DNA of 18,213 nt from an uncultured Deinococcaceae bacterium (GCA_964252075.1 CAXULY010000070.1:1-18213); one strand, 5' to 3'; shown: positions 1-8,625, counted from the stretch's first letter. The notes: generated by a model not told the origin, from the sequence alone. Translations and numbers: made by a program.

Positions 1-1
1 G

Positions 2-259
2 GACGCGCTGGTGCTGGAGGGTGCTGAAGTTCATGAAGCTGCTGCGGTACTGCGCCGCGCTGTGGAAGCTCGCCACGACATCATCGTGGAAGTCGTGCGG
101 CAGGCCGTTCGCCAGCTGATTGAGTTGCGTCTGGAGGGTGTCCAGCGCGGTCTGCGCGGCCTTGCCGGTGATGAGCGCCTGCAGGGCGGGGTCCAGCAGG
201 GCGAAATCCGCCGTGCCGTCGCGCGCCTGCTGCTTGAGGTTGAGTCCTCGATTGGCCAT
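2..259 (-). CDS. Partial CDS (3' end outside window), putative tail fibre/tip-associated protein, MANRGLNLKQQARDGTADFALLDPALQALITGKAAQ...
   Basis: Not in the ORF track; read manually. ATG at 259 is 6 nt after GGAGG, and the frame is open to the window edge with GC-rich third positions. Function is inferred only from position. Confidence 0.75.
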   Translation of the reverse strand, partial: MANRGLNLKQQARDGTADFALLDPALQALITGKAAQTALDTLQTQLNQLANGLPHDFHDDVVASFHSAAQYRSSFMNFSTLQHQRV

Positions 260-260
260 G

Positions 261-623
261 TCATGCCTCCTGGCGGTAGTAGGTGAGGGTCACGCGGTCG
301 CGCGCCTCGATTTCGGGAAAGCTGAAGGTCACGTCCTGGCCGTCCAGCAGCCAGTCCTCGCCCGGCTCGTACTCGATGCCGTTCACGAAGGCGCGCAGCG
401 TGCCGTCCATCGGCCGCCCCGCGAGGGTGTAGGTCTGCCCCGGTCCCACGAACCGCTCGCGGCCGGTCGGCGGGAGTGGCGGCGCGATGCCGGTTAAGGG
501 CTCCACGAACACCTCGACGTCGGTGATGTGCGGCTCGACCGTCACCTCGACGTCGAAGAGCACCGCCTCGACCAGCACGTCGGCGCTGGCGGTGTCCGCC
601 TGCACGTCCACGACGAGCGTCAT
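261..623 (-). CDS. Virion structural protein (120 aa) with a C-terminal tail-fibre-attachment/baseplate-type beta domain
   Basis: ATG at 623 overlaps the upstream stop (ATGA), so it is a better start than 800. The C-terminus 'ERFVGPGQTYTL..LRAFVNGIEYEPGEDWLLDGQDVTFSF..RDRVTLTYY' fits the VxVNG...DY/W..G..ITF..GDxV pattern common in phage fibre N-terminal and baseplate proteins. Confidence 0.7.
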   Translation of the reverse strand: MTLVVDVQADTASADVLVEAVLFDVEVTVEPHITDVEVFVEPLTGIAPPLPPTGRERFVGPGQTYTLAGRPMDGTLRAFVNGIEYEPGEDWLLDGQDVTFSFPEIEARDRVTLTYYRQEA

Positions 624-1063
624 GCGCTCGTCCTGAGGTACGACGCTTCCCACACGATGCGCAGGTCGATTTTGAAGTCCGTGCCGTCCGGGCGGGTCAC
701 GACGAGGCTGCCGGAGAGCGTGAAGCCGACAACTTGGTCGCCCCAGTGGGCGGGCCAGTCGCCCTCCGCTTGGATGGTGCGGTAGTCGAGGTCCCGCCAA
801 GCGCGGCTCACGCTGCCCGGCAGGCGGATGGTGACCACCTGGCCGGACACCGTGAGGCGCGAATCTTGTTCCGTGCTGTCCAGGTCCTCCACGACCGCGC
901 CGAGCAGGTCCTGGCGGAACATCGCGCGCGCGGTGGTGCCCTCGGGGAGCGGCACGCTGTCGGCGATACGGACGCGCACGGTGAGGCCCGCGGCCTGCTG
1001 CGCGACGCCGATGAGCGCCTCGATCTCCGCTTCGGTGAGGTTGAGTGTGGCGACTTCAGGCAT
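620..1063 (-). CDS. Tail-tip/fibre adaptor protein, BppU-N/LtfC-like (147 aa)
   Basis: GGAGG RBS before the ATG. The pattern 'GTTARAMFRQ...RLTVSGQVVTIRLPGSVS...LVVTRPDG' resembles BppU_N/LtfC-type fibre adaptor domains. It lies within the tail-tip cluster. Confidence 0.55.
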   Translation of the reverse strand: MPEVATLNLTEAEIEALIGVAQQAAGLTVRVRIADSVPLPEGTTARAMFRQDLLGAVVEDLDSTEQDSRLTVSGQVVTIRLPGSVSRAWRDLDYRTIQAEGDWPAHWGDQVVGFTLSGSLVVTRPDGTDFKIDLRIVWEASYLRTSA

Positions 1064-1078
1064 GGGCCTCCAATGCGA

Positions 1079-1107
1079 GCGCGCCCAGCTGGTCAGGCCG
1101 GGCGCGC
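1079..1107. other. Intergenic GC-rich inverted repeat (GCGCGCCC...GGGCGCGC), possible mRNA hairpin
   Basis: 8-bp perfect arms at 1079-1086 and 1100-1107 within the 58-bp gap between two tail genes. No U-tract follows. Confidence 0.45.
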
Positions 1108-1121
1108 GGGGGTGGGCGGGG

Positions 1122-2009
1122 TTAGAAGATCTCGACGGTCTGCCAGGGCGGGTTCAGTCCGCCGCGATTCGTGCCGTCATCGGGGATGATGACGAACAGG
1201 GCGCCGTTGTAAATCTGCCAGCAGAACGGATTCGCCCCGCCCACGGCATCCTGATCCGTGAGTTCCTGAGTGTTGTTGTCTCCGTCGCGCAGGCGTAGGC
1301 TGGTCTGCCCGCTGATGATGTTCGCGGGCGCGGGGTCCAGGAAGAAGGCGTTCTGGTCGAGCGTGGGGTTGCTCGGTCCGGTCGTGAAGCTGAGGGCGTC
1401 CCAGCTGGTCGGGAGGGCCGGGTGGTAGTGCGCGACCTGCCCCACCAGGCGGTACTCGCCCACCGCGAGGTCACTGTCTTGCCCGGCGCTCGCGTTCAAG
1501 GTGAGAACGCCGGTGCCGCCCGCGTCCGTGAGGGTGTCGCCCTGCGCGGGGTCGAAGCCGCCGGGGACGGTGTGTGTCTTGTAGAGCCCACCGGGGTCCG
1601 TGCCTTGGTTCACCGTGAGCGCGGCGGGGTGCTGCAGCGTGAGCGGCAGCGTGTACGTGACGCCGTCCGTTCGCACCTCCAGCACGGGCGCGGTGTTGGG
1701 TGGCGCGTAGATCTGCACGCCATCGTTCACGAGGTGCGCGCTCGCGCGCGCAGGAAGGCTGGGAAGTGGCTGGAGAAAGTTGAGCGCGCTCGGCACCTCG
1801 CTTGCGTTGCGCGTCATGCGAATGACCGTGCCCGGCATGAGGGGTGCTGAGGGGAACGTCGCGGGCTCGAAGGTGGCGCCGTCCGAGCTGATCGCCACCA
1901 CCATGGCGGCGCCTGTTGTACCGAGCAGCACGAGGCCGTTCAGCTCAGGCGGCAGGGGCGGCATGGTGAAGCTTTTGAGGACGATGATCTGGTTGAACAG
2001 CGTGGACAA
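1122..2009 (-). CDS. Hypothetical beta-rich tail protein (295 aa), possible receptor-binding/fibre component
   Basis: TTG start 6 nt after AAGGAGA, directly after the upstream stop. The sequence is Thr/Gly/Pro-rich and lies in the tail-tip cluster. Confidence 0.7.
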   Translation of the reverse strand: MSTLFNQIIVLKSFTMPPLPPELNGLVLLGTTGAAMVVAISSDGATFEPATFPSAPLMPGTVIRMTRNASEVPSALNFLQPLPSLPARASAHLVNDGVQIYAPPNTAPVLEVRTDGVTYTLPLTLQHPAALTVNQGTDPGGLYKTHTVPGGFDPAQGDTLTDAGGTGVLTLNASAGQDSDLAVGEYRLVGQVAHYHPALPTSWDALSFTTGPSNPTLDQNAFFLDPAPANIISGQTSLRLRDGDNNTQELTDQDAVGGANPFCWQIYNGALFVIIPDDGTNRGGLNPPWQTVEIF

Positions 2010-2020
2010 GGGGGGTCTCC

Positions 2021-4471
2021 TTAGTCTTCGGGATGGTCGTCCAGCGGGAAGGCCGGCACCAGCGCGAGCTGGCTGAGCTTGGCGCCGGTGGCAAGGGTGA
2101 TCGTCAGTACGGGCGGTTCGGGCGTGTTCCCGTCCAGGTACAGGGTCGCGCTGAACGGCACGAAGCCGCGGGGCACGGCGACCGCCGTCGCCTGCGTGGC
2201 GGGGTCCGTTCTCGCTTCGACGAACGGCCCAAGGGGCTCCACCGCGAGCGGCTCACCGTTCACGGTGAGGCCGTCCAGGTCGCCCTGCATTCGTCCCATG
2301 AGGCACACCACCCACTGCGGGCGCCAGCGTTCGGGCCGGAAGCTGATCGTGTACGTACCCGCGCCGAGCGCCTTCTTGTCGTCGATCTGCTCGGGCAGGC
2401 CGTCCAGTCCGGGCGAGCGTCCCAGCAGGTCCACGGCCGCGGTCAGGTTCTTGCCGTCCTGCATGACCTGAGCGGGCAGGCAGTACGGAGACTCACCGAT
2501 GGGTGCGGGGAGTTCCGGGGGGCACATGACGTTCACCTGATCCCGCCAGTTGTACGGCAGGGGAATTTCATTGCCGTTCTCGTCGTAGTTCCCGGTCCGC
2601 ATGGTCCGATACCCATCCATTTGATCCCCCAGCGTCAGGCCGTGCAGCGGTCCGGGCGGGCGGCGGGAAGGGGGCAAACGGTCGTAAGCGGCGCGCGTCC
2701 TCGGTCGGTTCTGGCCGCTGGCGCGCCATTGCGCGGGCGTCGCGTCTTGCCAGGCGTCCCAGGCACGCAGCGCCAGCAGGGTGAGGGTTGAACTGAGGTT
2801 CTGCGGGTCTTTCACCGCCACGTTCAAGCCCGCGCGCTGGAGGGGCCACGCGTAATGCAGGTGTTGACTGCTCATCCCGAAGAACTCGGGGTTGTACCCC
2901 TCGGGCGGTGCGAAGCCGATGGAGTCGAGGAACTCCCTGAGCGTGTAGCGCAGCGGTGGGCCGAGTCCGGGAAAGATCGTGAGCTGCGCGCCGTCCCACA
3001 GGAGCAGCGTCATGGGGCCATCGTTCGCCGCGCTGAGCGCCGCGTAGTGCGTGTAGGTGCTCCCCACGTCCGCGCCGTTCACCTCGACGTGCAGGCCGAA
3101 AATGTACCCGCTGACGCCGATGCGTCCGCTCTCCGCGTTCCGCCCGATCACGAAGTGTTTGCCGTCCCGCACGGGCGAGCGCACCATGTCCGCGTCGCCG
3201 TCCTCGTGCGGGGTGGCGACCGGCCCGTGCGCGACCGTGGGGGGCAGGCCGTAGCGCCGACTGGTGGTGTCGCTGTACGGCACGCCGTCCGCCGTGAGCG
3301 GCCCGAAGTTGTCGGGCTGCCAGTCGTTGAGGGGTGCACCCAGCGGGAACACCCCGCCGTCCAGTCCACCCGTGACGTACCCGTAATTCACGTATTGCAG
3401 GTCGTCGTCGAAGAACTCGCGGATGGCGGGCGGAACGGGACCGGTCAGCCATGGCAGGCTGTGCTGGCGCCCGTCCTTGTCCCTCCAGTGGGTGATGACG
3501 AGGGCGAGGCCCTCGTGCGGAACCGTCCACTCGTGCGTGACGTGGTCCTCATCGGTGGCGGTCGCGGTCAGGACGTACCCGAACACGATGGGGTTGTCCG
3601 TGAAGCCCGCATCGTAGGTGACGGGGTCCGCGCCCAGTCCGGTGATGAGGCTGATGGGTTGGGCGTAGTGCCCCTGATAATGCACGCGGTAATTCTCGCC
3701 CCCGCCCGTGATGTTCAGGCTCACCCCGGCGTTGATGGCGTCCCCGCCGTACCGCTGGTGCTCCGAGTTGATCTGGAAGCCGCTGAAGCCGCTGACCTGC
3801 GCGGTGTCGTCGTTGTTGATGGCGCCGAGGCCGGTGGGGACGGCGGGCATCACGCCGCCGCCCTCGTTCCCGCTGGCGGACACCACCGTGTAGGAGCGCC
3901 CGGCGATGTTGAAGGTCTTCGCCTGGTGGTCCACGGTGACGTTCGTGAGGTTCGGCGTGCCGTTCCCGCTGGTCACGTTGTCACTGCGCTCGCCCGTGCC
4001 GAGCAGCGTGGAGGTGTCCTGCATGGGCTGCGCGAGGCGCAGCGGGGTTTGCGGCGGGCTCACGCCCAGGGCGGCGTACCCCGTGCGGCCCGCGTTGCCG
4101 GGCAGTGGGAACCACTGGTCGTCCCCGAAGGACATGCGCGGCATGTGCCCGTCCCCGAAACGCTGCGGAGAGGAGAGCGACAGGATGCCCGGGACGATCA
4201 ACGCGCGCGCGCGGCTGGGCAGGTCCTGCGACCCACCTCGGCCGCCCTGGACGGTGCGCCCATGGCAGTCCACCGCGATGACAATGCCCGGTGCGACGTC
4301 GCGCCCGTGCTGCCGCAGGTACGCGTTCCCCGCCGTCGTCACGACGAGGCCCGGCGCGCGGAAGTCCACCACCTCCGCTTTCCACGTGCACGTGGCATCC
4401 GCGCTGGAGCAGCCGCACGTGTCCGTGCCGCACCCCAGCCAGCACAGGCCGCAGCAGTCAGCTGCCGCCAC
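2021..4471 (-). CDS. Large minor tail/tail-tip protein (816 aa) with Cys-rich N-terminus
   Basis: Long ORF with coding-type codon bias. The GTG start overlaps the upstream gene by 14 bp, and the start is uncertain. No family was recognised. Confidence 0.8.
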   Translation of the reverse strand: MAAADCCGLCWLGCGTDTCGCSSADATCTWKAEVVDFRAPGLVVTTAGNAYLRQHGRDVAPGIVIAVDCHGRTVQGGRGGSQDLPSRARALIVPGILSLSSPQRFGDGHMPRMSFGDDQWFPLPGNAGRTGYAALGVSPPQTPLRLAQPMQDTSTLLGTGERSDNVTSGNGTPNLTNVTVDHQAKTFNIAGRSYTVVSASGNEGGGVMPAVPTGLGAINNDDTAQVSGFSGFQINSEHQRYGGDAINAGVSLNITGGGENYRVHYQGHYAQPISLITGLGADPVTYDAGFTDNPIVFGYVLTATATDEDHVTHEWTVPHEGLALVITHWRDKDGRQHSLPWLTGPVPPAIREFFDDDLQYVNYGYVTGGLDGGVFPLGAPLNDWQPDNFGPLTADGVPYSDTTSRRYGLPPTVAHGPVATPHEDGDADMVRSPVRDGKHFVIGRNAESGRIGVSGYIFGLHVEVNGADVGSTYTHYAALSAANDGPMTLLLWDGAQLTIFPGLGPPLRYTLREFLDSIGFAPPEGYNPEFFGMSSQHLHYAWPLQRAGLNVAVKDPQNLSSTLTLLALRAWDAWQDATPAQWRASGQNRPRTRAAYDRLPPSRRPPGPLHGLTLGDQMDGYRTMRTGNYDENGNEIPLPYNWRDQVNVMCPPELPAPIGESPYCLPAQVMQDGKNLTAAVDLLGRSPGLDGLPEQIDDKKALGAGTYTISFRPERWRPQWVVCLMGRMQGDLDGLTVNGEPLAVEPLGPFVEARTDPATQATAVAVPRGFVPFSATLYLDGNTPEPPVLTITLATGAKLSQLALVPAFPLDDHPED

Positions 4472-4643
4472 CCAGCACCACCAGCCTGCCGCCCAGCAGC
4501 GTCACCGTCACCCGCTCGCCCTCGCCGGGCACCGTGCCGCCCGCGCACTGCGCGAGCTGCGGCACGCCGTTCACCGTGACGCTCACCTGCTGACCGGGGA
4601 AGCGCCCCTCGACCGTCACGGTGACCTGCTCGCCTTCCTTCAT
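4458..4643 (-). CDS. Small beta-strand tail-tip protein (61 aa), OB-fold/spike-like
   Basis: ATGA overlap with the hub gene stop and an upstream GGAGG. It has alternating V/T strands and the ending 'PGEGERVTVTLLGGRLVVLG'. It exactly fills the gap between two large genes. Confidence 0.7.
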   Translation of the reverse strand: MKEGEQVTVTVEGRFPGQQVSVTVNGVPQLAQCAGGTVPGEGERVTVTLLGGRLVVLGGGS

Positions 4644-7600
4644 GCCTTCACCTCCGTCATTACGCTCACCGTGATGGAGTTCCCGCTGAGGTCCGCCTGC
4701 ACGGACTTCACCGAGCCCCCCACCGCGGGGTTCACCGGCACAAAGTACGTGCGCGTGATGCGCCTGCGAGGACCGTACGCGGCGGCCGCCATCTTCGCGT
4801 ACCGCTCCAGCGCGTCCGGGTCGCGCACCCAGGGGATGGACACCGATATGGCTGGGCCCTGCCCCGTGCCGGGCACGGTCGTGCCTCGAGGGACGGTCCG
4901 CCCCACGGGCGGCGAGATGTCCGGGCCAGAACGTCCGGAGGGGTCGCCGGACCCGCTGGTCGTGGGGCCATCGCCGCCCGAGCCGCCCCCGCTGCCGGTC
5001 ACGCCGGGCGCCTCCGCGTCGAGCTTCGGCACCACGAACCAGTCCTCGCCAATCGTGTACGGCTCCAGACTGCCTTCGGAGGTGTTCCGCTCCAGCGGTG
5101 GGGGCGCGACGAAGCGGCCGTTGCGTCGACGCCGCGTGTAACTCGGCATGGTGGCCTGCGGCGCCGCCTGGTCGTCAATGGTGGGCGGCGGGCGGGTCAT
5201 GGTGGTGGTCCGCACGATGCGCGTCACGTCACCGGCCTCGTCCTTCACGGCCACGTCCTGGTCGATGGTGGTGGAGGTGGTGTGCATCCACTGCCCGAAG
5301 CCGAGCGGCGCGTGCGTGCGGGTCGTGACGGTCAGGCCGTACAGCGGCACCGTGTCGATGGTGGGCTCCGCGGCGTTCGGGGTGGTGTTGATGTCCTGGA
5401 AGCCGGTGACGCTGCTGCTGCGGCTCACCTCGCGGTTCATCCAGCCTTGCGGCGACCACTCCTGGTGCACCTTCTGCTGCTCGCGCCCCGCCTCGACCAC
5501 CTCGATGTACGTCGCGTCCTTCGTTTCGCGCTTCTCGATGCGGTAGGTCACGGCCTGCGTGACGCTGCCCGTGAGCGTTTCCGGCCACCCGGCGATGTCG
5601 TAGGCGTAGCGTGTTTCGCGCTTGCTGGCCGTGTACAGCACCGAGCGGAACCCGCCCCCCTCCGGCTTCACGGTGCTGATCGAGAGGTCGCCGTTCGCGC
5701 CAGGCACCTCGTAGTACACGCCGCCGACCGTTTCGCGCTCCCAGTTCAGGCGGCCACCGAGCTTGTTCACCTTGGTGGTGACGTACCCGCCGTCGTCGGT
5801 GGGGTGGCTGAAGGTGAGCGTCACACTGCCGTCCCGCTCGAAGCTCACGAGGGCGCTGTCGGGCGGCGCGCCGGGCACTGGCATGGACGTGGCGCCCTCG
5901 ACCGCCTCGCTCCATGGGCCATCTCCGCCGGGCGCTTGCCCGCGCACGCGCAGCACGTACCGGGTGCTGGGCGTGAGGTTGCGCGCGTACGCGTCGATCT
6001 GTCCGCCCTCGAACCATTTCGGGAGGGGCACGCTGGCGTTGTCGTTCCAGCCGAAGCCCACGCCGGTCCCCGCGAAGTCCGCGGCGGTGAGCGTGCTGAG
6101 CCCGTCCGGCACGATGGCCACCTGAATCTGGTAGTCCGTCGCGCCCTGCACGGCGGTGAACGTCAACGGCACGCTGGTCGGTCCGGCGATGCCCGCCGCG
6201 AGGTCTGTGACCTCAGGGGGCGGGCCGCCCTCGGTGGTGAAGGCCTCCGCGAAGGCGGCGGTGGTGCTCGCGCCCGCGCTGTTGGTGGCCGTGATGGACA
6301 CCGTGTACGTGCTGCCCAGCCGCAGGCCCTGCAACTCCGCGGCGAGGTCGCCCACCACGAGGTTCCCCGCGTCGCCCGCATCCGCCTCGTTCACCCACTC
6401 GACGATCCAGGCGGCCGCCTCGCCGTGCCGGGGGTGCGGCGCGTCGAGCGGATCCGCGCGCGGCTGGTCCCACGCGATCTGCGCGGTGGTGTCCGTCACG
6501 AGGATGGTCTGCAGGTTCTCCGGCGGGTACGGCACCCCGTCCGCGTCTTCTTTCGGCACCGTGACGCTCACCGGGTCGCTCGGTGTGGTGTAGCCCGTCT
6601 GCCCGTTCACGGTGAGGCGGTAGCTGTACGTCGCTTCCTGCACCACCGTGTTGTCCACGACGCGCAGCTCGAAGCCGATGGAGATGGTCTTCCACACGCC
6701 GATGCCGCTGCTCGTCGGGCTGCCGCCATCCGCGCGCTCCAGGATGTACTGGGTGGCGTCCACGGCGCGCGGCCAGCCGAGCGTGACGCCCGAGCTGCGC
6801 GCGTCGATCACGCTCGGCGTCGGCGCCTTTGTGGGGGTGCCCGGCGGGTACGGGTGGTCGCGCTCGTGCGGGTCGGGGGAGTTCTTCGGGTCTTCCGGGT
6901 CGTCCGGGTTGTTCGGGTCGGGCGTGTTGGTGGTGGGGCTGTCGTCGCCCGTCACCGTGATGCTGCTGGGGTCGTCCAGCACCACCGTCTCCCAGCTTTC
7001 CGTCTCGAACGGCGCGCCGAGGACCATGTCGCCGCCGGGAATGTCCGGGCCGCGCACCTCCAGCACGCCGTCCCGCCAGGTGGCCGTGATGCCCACCATG
7101 CCCCACAGGGCGCTGACGATCTCGCTCGGCGTCTTGCCTTTCGTGCGGTCGGTGTAGTTGTCCGGCGTGAGGCGGTACCCGGGGAAGGGCGGCACCACCA
7201 TCAGGCGGGCGTTCACGGTCGCGAGGGCCGTCAGCACGACCGCGTCCACCTCCACCCAGCGGGGGTCCGTGCGCAGCTGCGCGCGGTGCTCGGGCGGCAC
7301 GCGCGTGACGGTGCCCGGCGCGTTGTACGGCGCCGAGCTGGTGTTCCCGCTGGAGCTGTCCTGGTCCTTGTCCTCCACCCACGGGATGAGCTCGACGGTG
7401 AGCGGCACCTCGCGGGGCGCCTTGATGCGGTGATGCACGGTGGTCCTGGTGCCGAACTGGTCGGTCTGCCCGCTGTCCTCTCCGGACGCCGGGACCGGCC
7501 CGAACGTCGCGCCCCACGGGCCAGCGCTCGCGCTGACGCTGCCCGCGCCGGGCGCGCCGAGGAAGGTGATGTCGAGGCTCGTGTCGGCGTCCACGGACGC

Positions 7601-7855
7601 GCTGAAGCTGGCGCTCTCCACGTTCGCGGGGCTCATCTGCAGGTCCAGCGCACCACCCCCGGGAGGCTCGAAGGTGCCCGGCACGCGCAGCGCCGTGGTG
7701 TGACTCATGACGAGCGGCGCCGGCACCTGCGCGCGCAGGACCTGCGTGAGGTCGAGGAAGCCGCCGACCTTCAGGCGCAGCACCTCGGAGAGGTCGAGGG
7801 GATCGGAATCGGGTTCGGGCGGGGCGCCGTCACCTACGGGGACGATCAGCGGCAT
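4640..7855 (-). CDS. Tail hub/central tail protein (1071 aa) with three fibronectin type III domains
   Basis: GGAGGTGA RBS. FN3 signatures: 'VTLGWPRAVDATQYILER..TYSYRL', 'PPENLQ..TDTTAQIAWD..GLRLGSTYTVSITATNSAG' and 'PPEVTDL..GPTSVPLTF..NLTPSTRYVLRVRG..GPWS'. A hub-like segment reads 'KTPSEIVSALWGMVGITATWRDGVLEV'. Position is after TMP/Dit. Confidence 0.85.
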   Translation of the reverse strand: MPLIVPVGDGAPPEPDSDPLDLSEVLRLKVGGFLDLTQVLRAQVPAPLVMSHTTALRVPGTFEPPGGGALDLQMSPANVESASFSASVDADTSLDITFLGAPGAGSVSASAGPWGATFGPVPASGEDSGQTDQFGTRTTVHHRIKAPREVPLTVELIPWVEDKDQDSSSGNTSSAPYNAPGTVTRVPPEHRAQLRTDPRWVEVDAVVLTALATVNARLMVVPPFPGYRLTPDNYTDRTKGKTPSEIVSALWGMVGITATWRDGVLEVRGPDIPGGDMVLGAPFETESWETVVLDDPSSITVTGDDSPTTNTPDPNNPDDPEDPKNSPDPHERDHPYPPGTPTKAPTPSVIDARSSGVTLGWPRAVDATQYILERADGGSPTSSGIGVWKTISIGFELRVVDNTVVQEATYSYRLTVNGQTGYTTPSDPVSVTVPKEDADGVPYPPENLQTILVTDTTAQIAWDQPRADPLDAPHPRHGEAAAWIVEWVNEADAGDAGNLVVGDLAAELQGLRLGSTYTVSITATNSAGASTTAAFAEAFTTEGGPPPEVTDLAAGIAGPTSVPLTFTAVQGATDYQIQVAIVPDGLSTLTAADFAGTGVGFGWNDNASVPLPKWFEGGQIDAYARNLTPSTRYVLRVRGQAPGGDGPWSEAVEGATSMPVPGAPPDSALVSFERDGSVTLTFSHPTDDGGYVTTKVNKLGGRLNWERETVGGVYYEVPGANGDLSISTVKPEGGGFRSVLYTASKRETRYAYDIAGWPETLTGSVTQAVTYRIEKRETKDATYIEVVEAGREQQKVHQEWSPQGWMNREVSRSSSVTGFQDINTTPNAAEPTIDTVPLYGLTVTTRTHAPLGFGQWMHTTSTTIDQDVAVKDEAGDVTRIVRTTTMTRPPPTIDDQAAPQATMPSYTRRRRNGRFVAPPPLERNTSEGSLEPYTIGEDWFVVPKLDAEAPGVTGSGGGSGGDGPTTSGSGDPSGRSGPDISPPVGRTVPRGTTVPGTGQGPAISVSIPWVRDPDALERYAKMAAAAYGPRRRITRTYFVPVNPAVGGSVKSVQADLSGNSITVSVMTEVKA

Positions 7856-7867
7856 GGTTCACCTCCT

Positions 7868-8224
7868 TCAGGGTGTCGGAACCGGGACGCAGATGACGAT
7901 GACGCTGGCGATGGGCAGGCCCGGCGGGGCGTCACCCGGCACGGTGGTCGAGTACGTCACCTCCAGCGCGTCGCCTGGCGCCACGGTGGGGCTGTCGTGC
8001 GTGGTGCCGATGGGCACAGCCACGCCGCCGAAGCTGAACTGCGTCCACCCTGCGAGCGCCTGCCCGGGCGTGACCTTCGGCGTGACGCGCACCAGGAACG
8101 GCACGGTGCCGGTGTTGCGCAGCCTGCGCTCAATGGTCTTCGAGCCGCCGGGCGGCACCTCGCCGAAGTCCGGGGGGGTTGCGGGCTGCCCGTCGAGGTC
8201 TTCCCAGCGCGCGGTGAGTGCCAT
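7868..8224 (-). CDS. Stand-alone Ig-like (ASH/NEW3-type) tail protein (118 aa)
   Basis: ATG at 8224 overlaps the upstream stop (TGATG) and follows AAGGAGG. 'DFGEVPPGGSKTIERRLRNTGTVPF...VAPGDALEVTYSTTVPGDAPPG' is a typical Ig-like beta-sandwich pattern. Confidence 0.75.
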   Translation of the reverse strand: MALTARWEDLDGQPATPPDFGEVPPGGSKTIERRLRNTGTVPFLVRVTPKVTPGQALAGWTQFSFGGVAVPIGTTHDSPTVAPGDALEVTYSTTVPGDAPPGLPIASVIVICVPVPTP

Positions 8225-8625
8225 CAGGTGGTGCCTCCTTGGGGAATCCAGATGCTGAGGTCGTAACTGACCCACGCGCCGTTCGCGCTGCCGTTCGGGA
8301 AGCGCGGGCGGGTCAGGAAGCGGCAGCCGGTGTGCGTCCGCACCCGGCCCGGCTCGGTGAAGGTCTCGCGGAGCGTGAAGGGCGTCCGCGAGACGTACAG
8401 GCCGAGCAGGGTGTCGGCGGCGTCGCGCTCGATGACGTGCCCGTCCGGGGCGGTCACGCGCAGCTGCCTGGGGGCGGCTTTCGGGCCGAAGAACAGGTAG
8501 GTGTTCCCGGCAATGTCGGTCTTTTCGGTGGTGGGCATGTCGCCGCCGTCCGCGCTCACCGCCCGCCTGCTCGGCTTGTAGCGCAGCCCGACGCCGTCCA
8601 CCTCGAAGAGGTCGTACGCGGTCAC
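8224..8625 (-). CDS. Putative distal tail protein (Dit-like, ~133 aa)
   Basis: Immediately follows the TMP. GTG at 8625 overlaps the TMP stop (GTGA); an alternative start is at 8652. Size and beta-rich sequence fit a minimal Dit, and the call is positional. Confidence 0.6.
   Translation of the reverse strand: MTAYDLFEVDGVGLRYKPSRRAVSADGGDMPTTEKTDIAGNTYLFFGPKAAPRQLRVTAPDGHVIERDAADTLLGLYVSRTPFTLRETFTEPGRVRTHTGCRFLTRPRFPNGSANGAWVSYDLSIWIPQGGTT

Noticed and set aside
31..264. 77-aa minus-strand ORF from the track
   Set aside because: Its ATG is only 1 nt from GGAGG and the product is Ser/Arg-rich off-frame sequence. The frame starting at 259 is better supported.
977..994. 18-bp direct repeat CACGGTGAGGCCCGCGGC, also at 17886-17903 (possible att site)
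   Set aside because: Both copies lie inside genes and encode AAGLTV in the same frame with preferred codons. The module continues past both copies, so this is probably chance.
5282..8266. 994-aa plus-strand ORF (likewise 2855-4579, 3906-5141 and other Arg/Ala-rich alternative-frame ORFs)
   Set aside because: They overlap well-supported minus-strand genes and have shadow-frame composition.
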